A stretch of 64,000 nt of DNA, taken from Octopus vulgaris. Taxonomy: Eukaryota. Below, piece after piece: positions 14,180 to 27,081 of the stretch; the first letter of the stretch is position 1; each line of letters opens with the position of its first letter. The position numbers and the translations under genes were made by a program. Below the pieces are notes generated by a model, which was not told where the DNA came from, did not search any database, and saw nothing but the letters and a program-made list of their open reading frames with translations. The DNA lies in contig OX597815.1 in assembly GCA_951406725.2 (NCBI GenBank), forward strand, positions 130,076,001 to 130,140,000. The letters are read 5' to 3'.

Positions 14180-14934
14180 ACACGTACACACACGCACGTA
14201 CACACACATGTTAGGCATCCAAGCAGTTTCCCTTTGCACCGTTACTGCAAAGTGAGCTTCTTAACCACACAGATATGTTTGCGGCTATATAGCCAATTCC
14301 TAGACTTTCTAAAAAATACTCACCCACTTCTGTATATAACTGCACACATGCACTGTCAACCTTGACCGACAGAGACCCGACACATAAAACACTTAGATAG
14401 AATCCAATTGCTAATTCATTTTGAATCTGTTTTATTCGTTTAGTTAGTAAAGATTTATCCAAGAGATTCGCTATTAGCACAGAAGCAGTATTAGTGCCGA
14501 AAAGCAATCTGAATATCTTACTTAACATATTGTGCTGAAAAGCATTCAATTGCCACATCTTTTTGAGTTTCTGTGTTATATCTCGGTTATCACAGATTTA
14601 TTTAAGACACTTTAGAAAATACTATATAATATAAATAGAGATTATTTTCATATGGGAAAGAAAAAATCGTACTATTTCAAAGACCAACGAAACTTTGAAT
14701 CCCATCATCTCATTCACTTGTAAATGACACCGGTTAATCTATAACTGCAGGATTTACTTGATGTATTGACAATGATTAAGTATGATGTTTGTTGTGGATA
14801 ATGATTGTAACATATCAAAACATACAGCTTATTTGGAACGAATGACCGTAATATTACATACTGAAAAGAATAACTTCGTAATGAAAGCGGGAAAAAATAT
14901 CCATCAATTATGTTCTAATTAAGCAAGAGAACTT

Positions 14935-14987
<53 letters not shown>

Positions 14988-14988
14988 G

Positions 14989-15026
<38 letters not shown>

Positions 15027-15038
15027 TATATATGTATG

Positions 15039-15105
<67 letters not shown>

Positions 15106-15204
15106 AAGAATCCACATTGCCATAATAGATAACGGTTATGTCAAATTGGTGAACAGTATATAATATACATAAAAGACAATCCTTTATTACAAGAAAACAG
15201 ATTA

Positions 15205-15291
<87 letters not shown>

Positions 15292-16502
15292 ATATGTTGG
15301 CTATATCCAAGTGTATTTGTACGCACAAGTTCAAAGAAAAATATGTATGTGTAAAATATGCCCAAACATACATAACTGTTGAAAATAATTTTCCGAGTAT
15401 TGAAGAGAAAGGCCCCTTGGAGAGTATTTATCGCCCCAGTAACTATTAACAGACGCTAAAGAACTATCAACAACACTGTCCTTCACAGTTCATAATGACG
15501 AAGAAGGAGTCGAAAACATCGATATATTTAAACATTGCCTGACAGCAACTATGTTTTCTCTGTCCAACGTCTCTCTCCGTCTCTTTCTGTCTCTCTCCAT
15601 TTCTGCCTGTGTCTTCTATTTCTCTTTCAATAATGTAAATAAGACTGTACAGATCATGCTCTATCCCTGATATTAGACTCCAACTAATGACGTCAAAACT
15701 ATGGTGGATGTCAAAAATGCTTAGCAACGTTAAGCTGCAACAGAAACTGCAATATCCCAAGCCGAGTCATTAGAACTTCGTGTTTCATATGTTTTTCATT
15801 TTGCTTTTTTAGTCGTTTGTTGTTGTTGTGTCGTTTTACTGCTAATGTTGTTTCTGTTATAGGCGTTGTCATAGTAGTTATTCTCGTTATCTCTCTCTCC
15901 CTCTCTCGTCTTTTTCTTTTTCGTTGCTGGAAAAAAATAAAACAAATGAACGTTCAATAAGTGCTCAAACTTAAGAAAAAAAAAACGCTACATTTTTAAA
16001 ATATCACTTGAAATTAGAGCTAATGACTTCATATTAGTCTCTAGTCACTCCCTCTACCTCTCAGTTTCTCTCTTACGCATGCGCACTAACAAATTTCTTT
16101 ACTGACAAATTACTAACCAGGGTAAAGTTGTTGATACTTATATATATATATATATATATATATATTTCTTTACTACACACAAGGGCTAAACACAGAGAGG
16201 ACAAACAAGGACAGAAAAACGGATTAAGTCGATTATATCGACTCCAGTGCGTAACTGGTACTTATTTAATCGACCCCGAAAGGAAGAAAGGCAAAGTCGA
16301 CCTCGGCGGAATTTGAGGTCGACTTTGCCTTTCATCCTTTCGGGGTCGATAAATTAAGTACCAGTTACGCACTGGGGTCGATATAATCGACTTAATCCGT
16401 CATAAGGAAGTTTAGTTGCTTACAGTCCTTGTTTGTCCCATCTGTGTTTAGCCCTTCATTAATTCTTAAAGGATGTACAGTATCACAGAATTTTAAAAAG
16501 TC

Positions 16503-16550
<48 letters not shown>

Positions 16551-16746
16551 TAAAGTATCAACAACTTTACTGTAATTTTGCACTAATTTCTTGCTTCATT
16601 CTATCACCCCACATCAGTAAAATCAGTATAGTTTTTTGTTAGTTAGTGCGAATCTTTATGCGTAATATATATATATATATAGAGTCAGAAACTGAGAGGA
16701 AACTGAGAGGGAGAGGAGTGACTAGAGACTAATATGAAGTCATTAG

Positions 16747-16804
<58 letters not shown>

Positions 16805-17049
16805 TATTAGAATATTATACACCGAATTTATAATTAGTGGTCTTTGTATAAAATGTCAAAAATATCAATACTATAAAGTATTTAGACATTAATACGAGTG
16901 ATTATATATACTGCATTTTGAAATAATAGCATGAAATTCAATATCAAAAAATTCCTCACGAAGATATATATGTCTAAAATAGTATTGTATTAACATATAT
17001 ATATAAAAATATATGAAACATGACAGCTGAAAAATTTGTTAATTAATGT

Positions 17050-17139
17050 ATCTTACGATCGTTTCACGAAGTCACTGTCATTATAATGGAATCCATTGTT
17101 GATACACATTGACCGACAATACTTCCGTTCGTCAGAGAT
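17050..17139 (-). ncRNA. Type I hammerhead ribozyme motif (Penelope/retrozyme-like)
   Basis: Minus strand reads atct-CTGACGA-acggaagt...(long loop)...acttcgt-GAAA-cgatcg-TA-agat. This gives a complete core, stem I ATCT/AGAT, stem II with one bulge, palindromic stem III CGATCG and a GUA cleavage triplet. Confidence 0.7.
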
Positions 17140-17178
17140 GGAGAAGGTAAAGTTTTTATAATATATCGAATGTTGTTT

Positions 17179-17577
17179 GGATCTTTTCGATTTGAACGGC
17201 AGTTTTTTCTAGCGGTGTCATATGAAATTGTCACCAATGATTATAACCCTAGTATCGATCTATTGCATTTCAATCTGTTTTAGGGTTAGGGTTAGGGGTG
17301 GGGGAAGGGTATCTTTTTTTCTTCACAAATTTAAATAAACCCAATATGTTTCTTAAACGGCACAGAATGCTTTTTACCTCAATAGACGTATTTGATTGGT
17401 TGAAATTGCAGAAATTGCAGAAAAAGAACAACAAATATCTTACAAACTATAGAATTTTCTCAATAAAACCAAGAGAAAAAGATGTTTCATAAACACATTC
17501 TACCAGTATACGAAGTTTAAAAAATTTTAGTTACCTAGAAATTATGTTAAAAACTGCCGTTCAAACCGAAAAGATCT
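17179..17577. mobile_element. MITE with ~28-bp TIRs and 5-bp TSD, containing telomere-like repeats
   Basis: ggatcttttcgatttgaacggcagttttt ... aaaaactgccgttcaaaccgaaaagatct, with tgttt duplicated at 17174-17178 and 17578-17582. Internal ttagggttagggttaggggtggggg at ~17280-17304. Confidence 0.85.
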
Positions 17578-17802
17578 TGTTTTAAAATTAGAAAAATATA
17601 TGAGAAAGTATTTTTGAAAATAGATTAAAATTTACTGGTTTAGATTTATGCAGGCCGACTTTGGTAATAAAATTTAAACTTTGTATTTATATCCTTGGTA
17701 AGTTCATCTCAGTAATCCATGACTGGTTTTGATTTATGCAGATAGACTTTAGTAAGAAAATTTTTAAGATGTCATGTTGCATATACTTACATATATTTTT
17801 AA

Positions 17803-18351
17803 CTAGCAGCATAGCCCGGCGTTGCCCGGGTATGTAAGAGCCCCTAGTAGGCAACGACTAATCCCAATCTAGTCCTTTCCCTCTAGGGAACGAAGGCGCA
17901 TGTGTAGGTTGCAATGTCTTCTGTGTATACGATGTTCCTAGCTGTTCCTTTGGGCGAAAACGCGATTTCCCAAAATGGCATGATTTTATCGATTTTTTCT
18001 GATGGTAAGGTATTGCATGGAAAACTAACGTCAGAATTAAGTTTCTTAGGGTAACATTAAGCTTCACCATGAGTTTGGTGAAAATCGATTGCAAGTTGCG
18101 AAAACTACAACAGAAAATGTGTTGCATATAAAGAGCTGAGATTCTCGACCCCATGTCGAATTTATTGATTTTTTTTCAAAACTTGGGGAACTTTTCAAAA
18201 TTTTCGTTGCGTTAGTTTTGAATTATGACATTGGGCTATGTGTGTGTTTAGTTTCATCAGAATCGGTTGAAAGCCGTGGTCAGGGTGAGGGTACAACCTG
18301 ACAGACACACAGACACACAGACAAACAAACTGCCGTTTATATAGAGAGAGA
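17803..18351 (-). mobile_element. Non-autonomous Helitron
   Basis: Minus strand starts A|TCTCTCTCTATATAAACGG, has an internal GTCT/GTGT microsatellite, and ends with the hairpin cccgggcaacgccggg followed by CTAG|T. Inserted at A^T without a TSD. Confidence 0.85.
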
Positions 18352-18429
18352 TACAATACTATTGTAGACATATATATCTTCGTGAGAATTTTTTTGATAT
18401 TGAATTTCATGCATTTATTTAAAAATAAA

Positions 18430-18470
<41 letters not shown>

Positions 18471-18521
18471 TATATCATCATCATCATCATCATCATTTAG
18501 TGTCCGTTTTCCATGCTAGCA

Positions 18522-18640
<119 letters not shown>

Positions 18641-19044
18641 GAGCTGGCAGAATGGCTATCACGCTGGACTGGCATTTCGTCCGCCTTTACGTTCTGAGTT
18701 CAAATTCTGCCGGGTTCGATAAAATACCAGTTGAACACTAGGGTTGATGTAAACGACTTATCCGCTCTCCCAAAATTTCTGGCCCTGTTCCAAAATTTGA
18801 AACCAATACTTACAATATATATACATGACTTTGTGGTTAAAAAACTCACTTTGTAACCAAGTGTTTTCGGGTTTAGTCCCACTGCAGAGGTGTGGCTGTG
18901 TGGTAAGTAGCTTGTTTCTCAACCACATGCTTCTGGGTTGAGTCCCACTGCGTAGCACCTTGGGCAAATGTCTTCTACTATAGCCCTGGGCTGACCAAAG
19001 ACCTGTGAGTGGATTTGGTAGACGGAAACTGGAAGAAGCTCGTC

Positions 19045-19149
<105 letters not shown>

Positions 19150-19620
19150 GTTCTAGATGTATTTTTGATGTTTGAAGTGTGGTGTTATATTGCAAGGCCC
19201 GCCGAGGAGTATTTCCCCAACTTTTAGAGAGGTGTTGCTGCTACACAGGCAGAGATTTTGATCGATATCCATAGAGAAGCTTCTCGACTGACTGGTATAA
19301 AATCACTTATAGACATGCTCCATCTTTGACTTACAATCATACTGTCTCCTGTCCGCTTTTTCTGATGCAACTATAACAGCCTGTTCCTCGAAGCCTTGGT
19401 CTTGTACCTTCTCTATTCAGCCACACCAGACCCATTCGTCATTCTACATTTCGTCAACCTTGTGTCCAACCTCCCCAAGCCACGTGCTAATGTTATCCAG
19501 TCCTTCCTCCCTAAAACGTTGGCCCTCTGGAATCTTCCCTTTTCTCATATCTTTCCCGTAGGTGCTGATTCACAATAGTTGAATGGGAACATTAATGGCA
19601 TCAAACTCACCGGCGAGTTC
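19150..19620 (+). mobile_element. Very old LINE (CR1/L2-like) 3' remnant
   Basis: Degenerate SFLPKTLALWNLP C-terminal motif typical of CR1/L2 ORF2 ends. A similar remnant appears on the minus strand at ~25255-25700. Confidence 0.45.
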
Positions 19621-20927
19621 AAAAAAAGATTATGAGCATTGTCCCTTCTTCTGCGTCCAGCATGCACGAAAAAATAATGTTGCAGAATCTTTGATTTTCC
19701 GAGACGGTCTCTTGTAGTAGAGTACTTGAGAATGAAGTATGATACTTGAAAGGGCGAGTAAGTACTTGAGAGATGGCAGTAAGTTACTTCAGGGAGCAAT
19801 AAGCTTCTTGAAAGTGTAGTAAGGTACTTGAGAGTATCTGTGTGCCATAATATATAAAGGAGGCGGTGGGGGTATTTATTATTTAGGAATATATTTATCA
19901 TGTAATCCATTTCATCCCTATAACCTGGTATATGTAGGTTGATGTACATAATTATTTTTTTCTTTCTTTCATGCTTTCTTTTGATTATTCCCTAAATATT
20001 TAAAAAAATTTTCTTTCTTCCTGCATTTTTACTTTCGAGCTTTTCCTTCTTACTCTTAACTCGATATTCTTCTCTACTCTAGGCACAAGGGCCGAAATTT
20101 TTGAGTGGGGTGGAGGGGCAGTTAGTTAGATCGACCCCAGTATGCAATTGCTACTTAATTTATCGACCGCAAAAGGATGAAAAACAAAGTCCTCCTTGAC
20201 AGAATTTGAACTCAGAACGTAAAGACAGACGAAATACCTATTTCTTTACTACCCACAAGGGGCTAAACACAGAGGGGACAAACAAAGACAGACAAACGGA
20301 TTAAGCCGATTACATCGACCCCAGTGCGTAACTGGTACTTAATTTATCGATCCCGAAAGGATGAAAGGCAAAGTCGACCTCGGCAGAAACGTTACCACGC
20401 CGGGAGAAATGCGTAGTCGTATTTGGGTAGTAAAGAAATAGGTATCTTTAGCACGCCGGGGGGAAAACGCATTGTGGCATTTCGCCCGCCTTTAAGTTCT
20501 GAGTTCAAATTTCGCCGAGGTCCACATTGTCTTTCATCTTTTCTGGATCGATAAAATAAGCACCAATTAAGCACTTAGGTCGATGTAATCAACATACTCC
20601 TCTCCCAAAATGGCTGGCCTTGTGACAAAATTTGAAGCCATTATTATTCATCTTCTTGCCTCTCTCATCTGTTTCTACGATTATTCTCCCCCTCTTATTT
20701 TACATTCTGTTTATCTTTGCTGAAACACGATGCAACAATTAAATGTTAAACTTACAAGTGAAGCAAGAAAAAAAGAAGCATACATACACACAGCTCTTCT
20801 TTCTTTTCCACGTCTCTCGGCCAACTTGAAAGCAATTCTAAGAAAAAAAAAGAAGAAAACAATAAATCAAAAACTCTCCACATTGTTTAATCATGCTACA
20901 TAATTTTGCAATTAAATTTTGTTGCAG

Positions 20928-21065
20928 GCTCCATTCGACCGGATCTTTACCCACGCAAAGAAACTATCTTACAACAATGCTCTCAACAGAAGTGTTACGG
21001 TCGACTTCACTTGCGTCTCAAGTATGACTTTAGGACTTCTGACCTTGTTGTACACCTGATTGAAG
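20928..21065 (+). CDS. Syt: Synaptotagmin internal exon (end of linker and first strands of C2A)
   Basis: Acceptor ttttgttgcag at 20927 and donor G|gtaat at 21066; 138 nt, phase 1-1. Encodes (G)SIRPDLYPRKETILQQCSQQKCYGRLHLRLKYDFRTSDLVVHLIE, with the typical G-x-I-x-P-x-L-Y linker motif and GRLHLRLKYD C2A start. Splices in frame to the next exon. From memory closest to invertebrate Syt-alpha-type proteins (paralog not verified). Confidence 0.92.
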
Positions 21066-21116
21066 GTAATAATCTTTTCTTGTTATCATCATCATCATCA
21101 TTATCATCATCATTAT

Positions 21117-22260
21117 AGACGTCGCACAGTATACAATATCGTGAGGTTGTTGATTGAAGATATTGGGTCTACCGGGGGTTTGTACTGTTTGTCAAGTTAC
21201 AACAAGGACCTCAGATAGACAGTACTTTACGCAATATGCGTGCTGTTCTAAGTAATGCCGACTTTTGCAATTCATCTAGATTTTGGGGTATCTCTAAGAT
21301 TTCCAGATGTTTTTTTCAGATTGGGTGATATTGAATCCAATACTCCGATGACAGTAGGGATAACCTTTATATTCGACTCTGGTAGCTACCATATCCTAGC
21401 GATCTCATTTCTCAGGTCTCCATACTTATCGACTTTTTCTCTTTCTTTCATGATGATATGTTGGTCTCCTGGCACTGCTATGTCGATTATTTGGCACACT
21501 TGTTTGTCCCTCCTAAAGGTTACTATATCTGGCTTTCGGTGCCCTAACACTTTGTCTTGAAATCAAAGTTCCAGAGGATTTTTGCCTTTCTCTTTTCGTC
21601 CATTACCTTTTCTGGTGTATGTTAGTACCAAGCACCCGTAACCTCATATCCATACTTACGGCATAGTAGCCAGTGGAGGTTTTGGGCTACTTTGTCGTGT
21701 CCACGCTTGTACTCTTTCTGTGCAAGGCTTTCACAAGCACTAAAAATGTGAGTCACACTTTCGACCCTCTTCCCACACATTCTGCAGAGGTCCGATGCAT
21801 TTGTGTGGTATATATTAATTTTCACTGAGTTGGTATTCAATGCCTGGTCCTGAGCCGCGGTGATTAGGCTTTCAGTATTGTTTTTTTAGGTTACCTTTCT
21901 GGAGCCACCTCCATGATGCTCCCTGGTCTTTTAATTTGTCAGTTTCACGGTGAAACTGACCATGTAATTTCATACGGAGTAGAGTTTCTACTTTCTCGTT
22001 GGCTGTTCTTGTTCAGAATTCATGAGCACCCTCAAGCCTTTTTTGTTAACTCCTGTACTAGCTGTATACTGTAGCAGGTATTATTTGCTGTTTACCAAAT
22101 ATTCTGCCATGTTTCTTCTTTCACTGTTGATGCACTCCCATACGCTAATCAACCTGCGTCCACCCTTAGCTCTCTTCGTGTATAGCCTGTGTACATTTTC
22201 CTTTGGGTGTAGGGCACTACACATTGTCATTGTCTTTCGGGTAGTGCGATCGATTCACAG
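21117..22260 (-). mobile_element. Dong/R4-type RLE non-LTR retrotransposon, 3' fragment
   Basis: CRMCGKRVESVTHIFSAC (CCHC), then GHDKVAQNLHW, then KPDIV...IIDIAVP...KVDKYGDL (PD-(D/E)xK endonuclease), ending RILRKVLS. The 3' end runs into an (ATC/ATT)n tract 17-50 bp downstream of the Syt donor site. Confidence 0.85.
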
Positions 22261-24427
22261 ATATGCACTGAAGTTACGGCTTCTCTAGCGATTCGTAGTC
22301 GGTGAACAATTGTGATCGCCGTTTGTCAGGCTCGTTGTTCCCCCAGGTCATCTTTTTGACTGAGCTATATTACTGGCGTGTGTGATGCAGAATGTCATCA
22401 ATCCCAGCTCAGCTCTCTACCTGTTGGACAACATGGTAGGTGGAAGTTCCGTGTTGGTGTTCTATTGCAGGTTAGTGGCGGACTAAAGCGATGACGTTCT
22501 CGAGGAAACTCTGATCTAGTGGACTTTAAGTCTGGCTTCAAGCATAATTTCCGTAAATTCTTGGCCTGCTAGTGCTATCTCGAGGTATTTCCGGTTTAAA
22601 ATAAACTCTACACACACAGATGAGCCGTCGACAGCCCGCCTGAGATGCGCGCTAGGCGACGGTACCAGTCTGCACACACTCATCCAGTGTTAGAATATTG
22701 TTGATTTATGACGTTTGGTCAAACATCATCTGTCACATCTGAGATGGGTTCAGCTATTAGCTGAGTCCATTGCGGTGACTGTTCTGCTGCCTTCTTTTAG
22801 TCAGGAAGCAGAGACGTTTTTTTTTCTTGTGACATTTATCTGGTTGAGTTGAGTAGGGGTTCGGCAAAAAGGACCGATTGCATAATAGCAGATTGACATC
22901 AGCTTGGCATAAACTTTTCACCTCCAAGCTATGCTCACATGAAAAGTTGAACAGGAAAAAGGAAGTCAATCGGACAAAGAAAGAAATAAAAATATTGTAA
23001 CGTCGGCACAAAGACACGCGTTTTGAGGAATACTATAAACCATTAGTACTTTGTTTTATTTACTCCAAAAGGATAAATACAAAAGTTGAACATGTCAGAA
23101 TTTGAACTTAGATTTAGAGACCAGTTATTAAATACAATAAGGCATTTTGTTCGATGCTCTAATGATTTTTGAATCAGTATCTTTTCGCCGGTGGTTCGTT
23201 GTTTTACGCTTAATACACTTATCTATGTATATAAGTACCAAGGGATAAGCAGGTATATGTCACTGCTGTACTCAAAAGAATTGTTATAATTAACTCGTAT
23301 TTTATTAACTTGATGCCCTGAATTCAATCTACAGGAAAACCACTTGTGAATACTTTCCACGATAAAAGTGGTTTGGAAGAAAGAAGTACCTATAAGATTA
23401 ATCAATGCAGCATTCACATCCAAGCGAACTTCCATCACGAAATACATATGACAGCATTACTTGAATGAAGAACCAATTTTTAATGGAATGTATCTCACTT
23501 GGAATCTTCCAAAATATTGACTAACTTCATGTGTTGTGGGTTAATAATGTCCATATTGATTTTTAATTAATTCTCGTTTCTGAATGCATCCATTTTCTCT
23601 CCCAAGTGATATGACTCTTGTTAAAATAGTTTGACATATCACAATTGTTTACGACATTGTTGTTGAGTCAGGTTTGAGCTTTTAATTTTATTTTATTTCT
23701 GATCTTTTAAAAGTAAATTCTCAAAAGATACGGATCAATAGAACACTAAACGAAGAAAATAGAAAGAAATTTTTCTGACTGAACAATGCTTAAAGATAGA
23801 GTGCAGACACTTCTTTCGTACAGTATTTGGAGGAAGACTTTTATAATTGTCTAAGAAACTATGTGATTAAATAAAGATCGAAGTGTTAGCAGAATACTAA
23901 TATAAGAAACATATTCCACTAGAGAAATCTGTAAAATAATTAATGAGTCAATTAGCGATGATCTGAGTACTAAGTAACATAAATTTTCTGCGTAACAGCC
24001 TAAAAGATCATATTTAATATTAGTAAACCATCTTTGTTTCTTGTGATTAGTTAGAAGGAGAGGAGGTGGAAGATGTAGAGGAGGAGAGAGACAGAGAAAA
24101 GGGGATTGAATAGTGCTCATGAGATTTGTAGATATTTCCATTCTGTTGTGATTGAAGCAAATGATTGATGATCAAATGCAGCATCTGTAGGTCGATGCTT
24201 GTAGAAATAAACATGATTGGACTTGGAATTCCAGAGAAGTGTAGTTTTAAGGCGATAATAATTGAGCAAATTGTTTCGTATGGGATGTGGTGGTAGAATG
24301 GAGACATGGAAGAAATAATGATTGAACACGAGGAAAGCGATACCGTTTCAAAACAAAGGATAAATACCACAACCTACTGAAGAATCAGCAGCGACTCTCT
24401 CTCTCCCTTTCTCTCACGCACTCACAG

Positions 24428-24511
<84 letters not shown>

Positions 24512-26323
24512 GTACGTATGTATGTATGTATGTATGTATGTATGTATGTATATGGTGCTACCATGACCAATAGCAGCTCAATTTCCAGTAGCCACCTTGG
24601 TCTTTCTTTGTCCTGCATTCGGTCGTCTGAGCCTGATAAGCTAGATTCGTGTGACGAGTCTACGAAAATTTAAGTTACAAACCTAACAGCTTTTAAACAA
24701 TAACCTATGTAACTCCTACCAAATGTGCTATATATATGTGTATGTATGTATGTATATATGTATGTATGTATGTATATGTGTGTGTATGTATAAAACGTCA
24801 CAATAGGAAGAGATTATATTACGGTTTGTTTGTAGAATGCACTCTAATGAATCTTGCACTGATACTGCATATATTGATCTTAAGAAGATGAAGATATACT
24901 GTCACAAGAGCAAGGACGAAGATGGAATATTCTCAAGAAGTGATGGATTCTCATCTCAAATATAGCATCTTTCAAGCATGCATTACACAGATGAAGAGCC
25001 AGTTATGTCCGTGTAAGATCTCTAATTTTGGTTATATTGAGTAAGTCGAGAAAATAGTTCCAGCTTGGACTAAACAACTTCTTGTCAAGAATGTCTCCAA
25101 TACTGATATAAAATTTTCCTGCACAAAACCATGTTCGTTGTATAAACTTTTTAAAGCAAATTTGAGAAGTGCATATTTGTTCAACGGCTTTTAATTAACA
25201 ACTTATATAGGTGTTTTCACGTGAAATGATATTTGGAACACAATGTTTATATGTTCAACACAAACTCAGAGGATCGTGCGATTTTGAAACCGTGAGTTCG
25301 ACTATTTGATTAGGCAGCGATTCAGTAATCATACAACTGAAGTAGGAAGAGCTAGCGCTCAGGATAGAGGATAATTTTGAAAGGGAGATAGAAGATGAAA
25401 GTATTTTTAGTAATGTTCGGTCATTTGTAAAACGTACAAGGGAGGAAACTGGCTGATACAAAAAGCCTAAGTAGGCAAATGATTTGATTTCTGTTCTAAC
25501 AGTAACAGAGTGGGCGGAATGAAAAAGAGTTGTTGGCATCGACGTCGCGAAAGGGACTGACTTCAGAGAAAGTTGATCTGTCCTTCATTACAGGTCGAGA
25601 GGTAGCAAATTGTTGGGATCTGGGATAGGTCTGAATGAGATAGAGTCAGAAGTAGAGAATAATTGAAATGATGTGATTTGAACACGATGAAACAGACGTC
25701 TTTGTTGTTGATGCCTATGTGAAAATGAAGAGCTTTTCAAAGTGTGGCTTCTAATAAGTACATATTGTATACTGCTTTTCAGAATGAAGCCATAATATAG
25801 TTGCACGACAAAAGGAAACAATAATTCACTGGTAAGGCTAAAAATGCAGGAAATTGTCCGGAATTGTATCCCGTAATTGCAAAAATATGAAAACGAAAAT
25901 AAATCTAAGTAAAAAATGCCCCCAAAACTCACTAGTTATCAACTATCGTTGGTTCGTTACTGCAAATTCTTGTCACCGTACATTTATTTTTCTTACGGCA
26001 TAATCTGATTATCCTTGTTCCATACGTAAAATATACGAACACCTACGTACACAGTAAATGTAGTCATGACAGCAGAAAGATAGAGATTAATGCCTGAGAA
26101 AGGAATCAAAGTAGCGGTTTACCTGTTAGTAGGAGTGGTAAGTAGGATCATAATCATACGAAAAAAAAAAAACAGGGAGCGCAACATAGTCAATGGTTTA
26201 ACTTGAGACATTTACTGGTATTTATCTGTGTCTTTCTCACTCACCTTTCCCTGGCGGTATGTCAGACTGTCATTCAGTCTGTCTGTCTGTCTACACACAT
26301 ACGCACACACACACACACACACA

Positions 26324-26377
<54 letters not shown>

Positions 26378-26530
26378 AAATAACAGCATCTCTAGTATAA
26401 TAAATATTTTAACACCCAGCACTTTGAGGGTATATACTCCACCACGCTATTGCAACCACCAGAAAATACACAAAGCATATTCAGTAAGTAAATGTTAATT
26501 AATGATAATAATAATAATAATGATAATAAT

Positions 26531-26578
<48 letters not shown>

Positions 26579-26598
26579 ATATATTTACATATATATAT

Positions 26599-26679
<81 letters not shown>

Positions 26680-26720
26680 GATATATATATATATGAAAAA
26701 TGGAAAAAGAAGACAAGCGC

Positions 26721-27081
26721 ACAAGATGTTATTTAAATCATATCGCCACATATGTTTTGATGGATACATTAAAATTAATCCGGGAGGAAAAATAATGTGG
26801 AATAATATATCAAGCTTATCAGGGAGGAGATTATAAATAGCAGTTCATTAATAAGCTGCTTTCACAGATGTAAGAAATTTGTTTTTCATATATTATATAT
26901 ATTTATATATCATAATTTCCTACATCTGTAAAAATGACTTATTAACGAGCACTGTTATTTATAATCTCCTCCCTGATGAGACTTATACATTATTCCACAT
27001 TAGTTTCCCTCCCGGATTAATTTTAATGTATCCATTGAAACATATGTCGGCAATATAAATGATTTAAATGACATCTTGTGC
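26721..27081. repeat. ~165-bp-arm inverted repeat around an AT spacer (Penelope-like)
   Basis: ggatacattaaaattaatccgggagg...atcagggaggagattataaata on the left mirrors tatttataatctcctccctgatg...cctcccggattaattttaatgtatcc on the right. Confidence 0.88.

Noticed and set aside
15688-15695. CRE palindrome TGACGTCA (also at 12202 and 41803)
   Set aside because: Three 8-mers in 64 kb is not clearly above chance, one lies inside a transposon, and there is no promoter evidence.
15863-15960. Frame GVVIVVILVISLSLSRLFLFRCWKKIKQ after a tag acceptor, resembling the synaptotagmin TM segment
   Set aside because: It runs into TAA at 15958-15960 with no convincing donor, and T/CT-rich low-complexity DNA gives hydrophobic translations by chance. 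Upstream Syt exons were not identified in the window.
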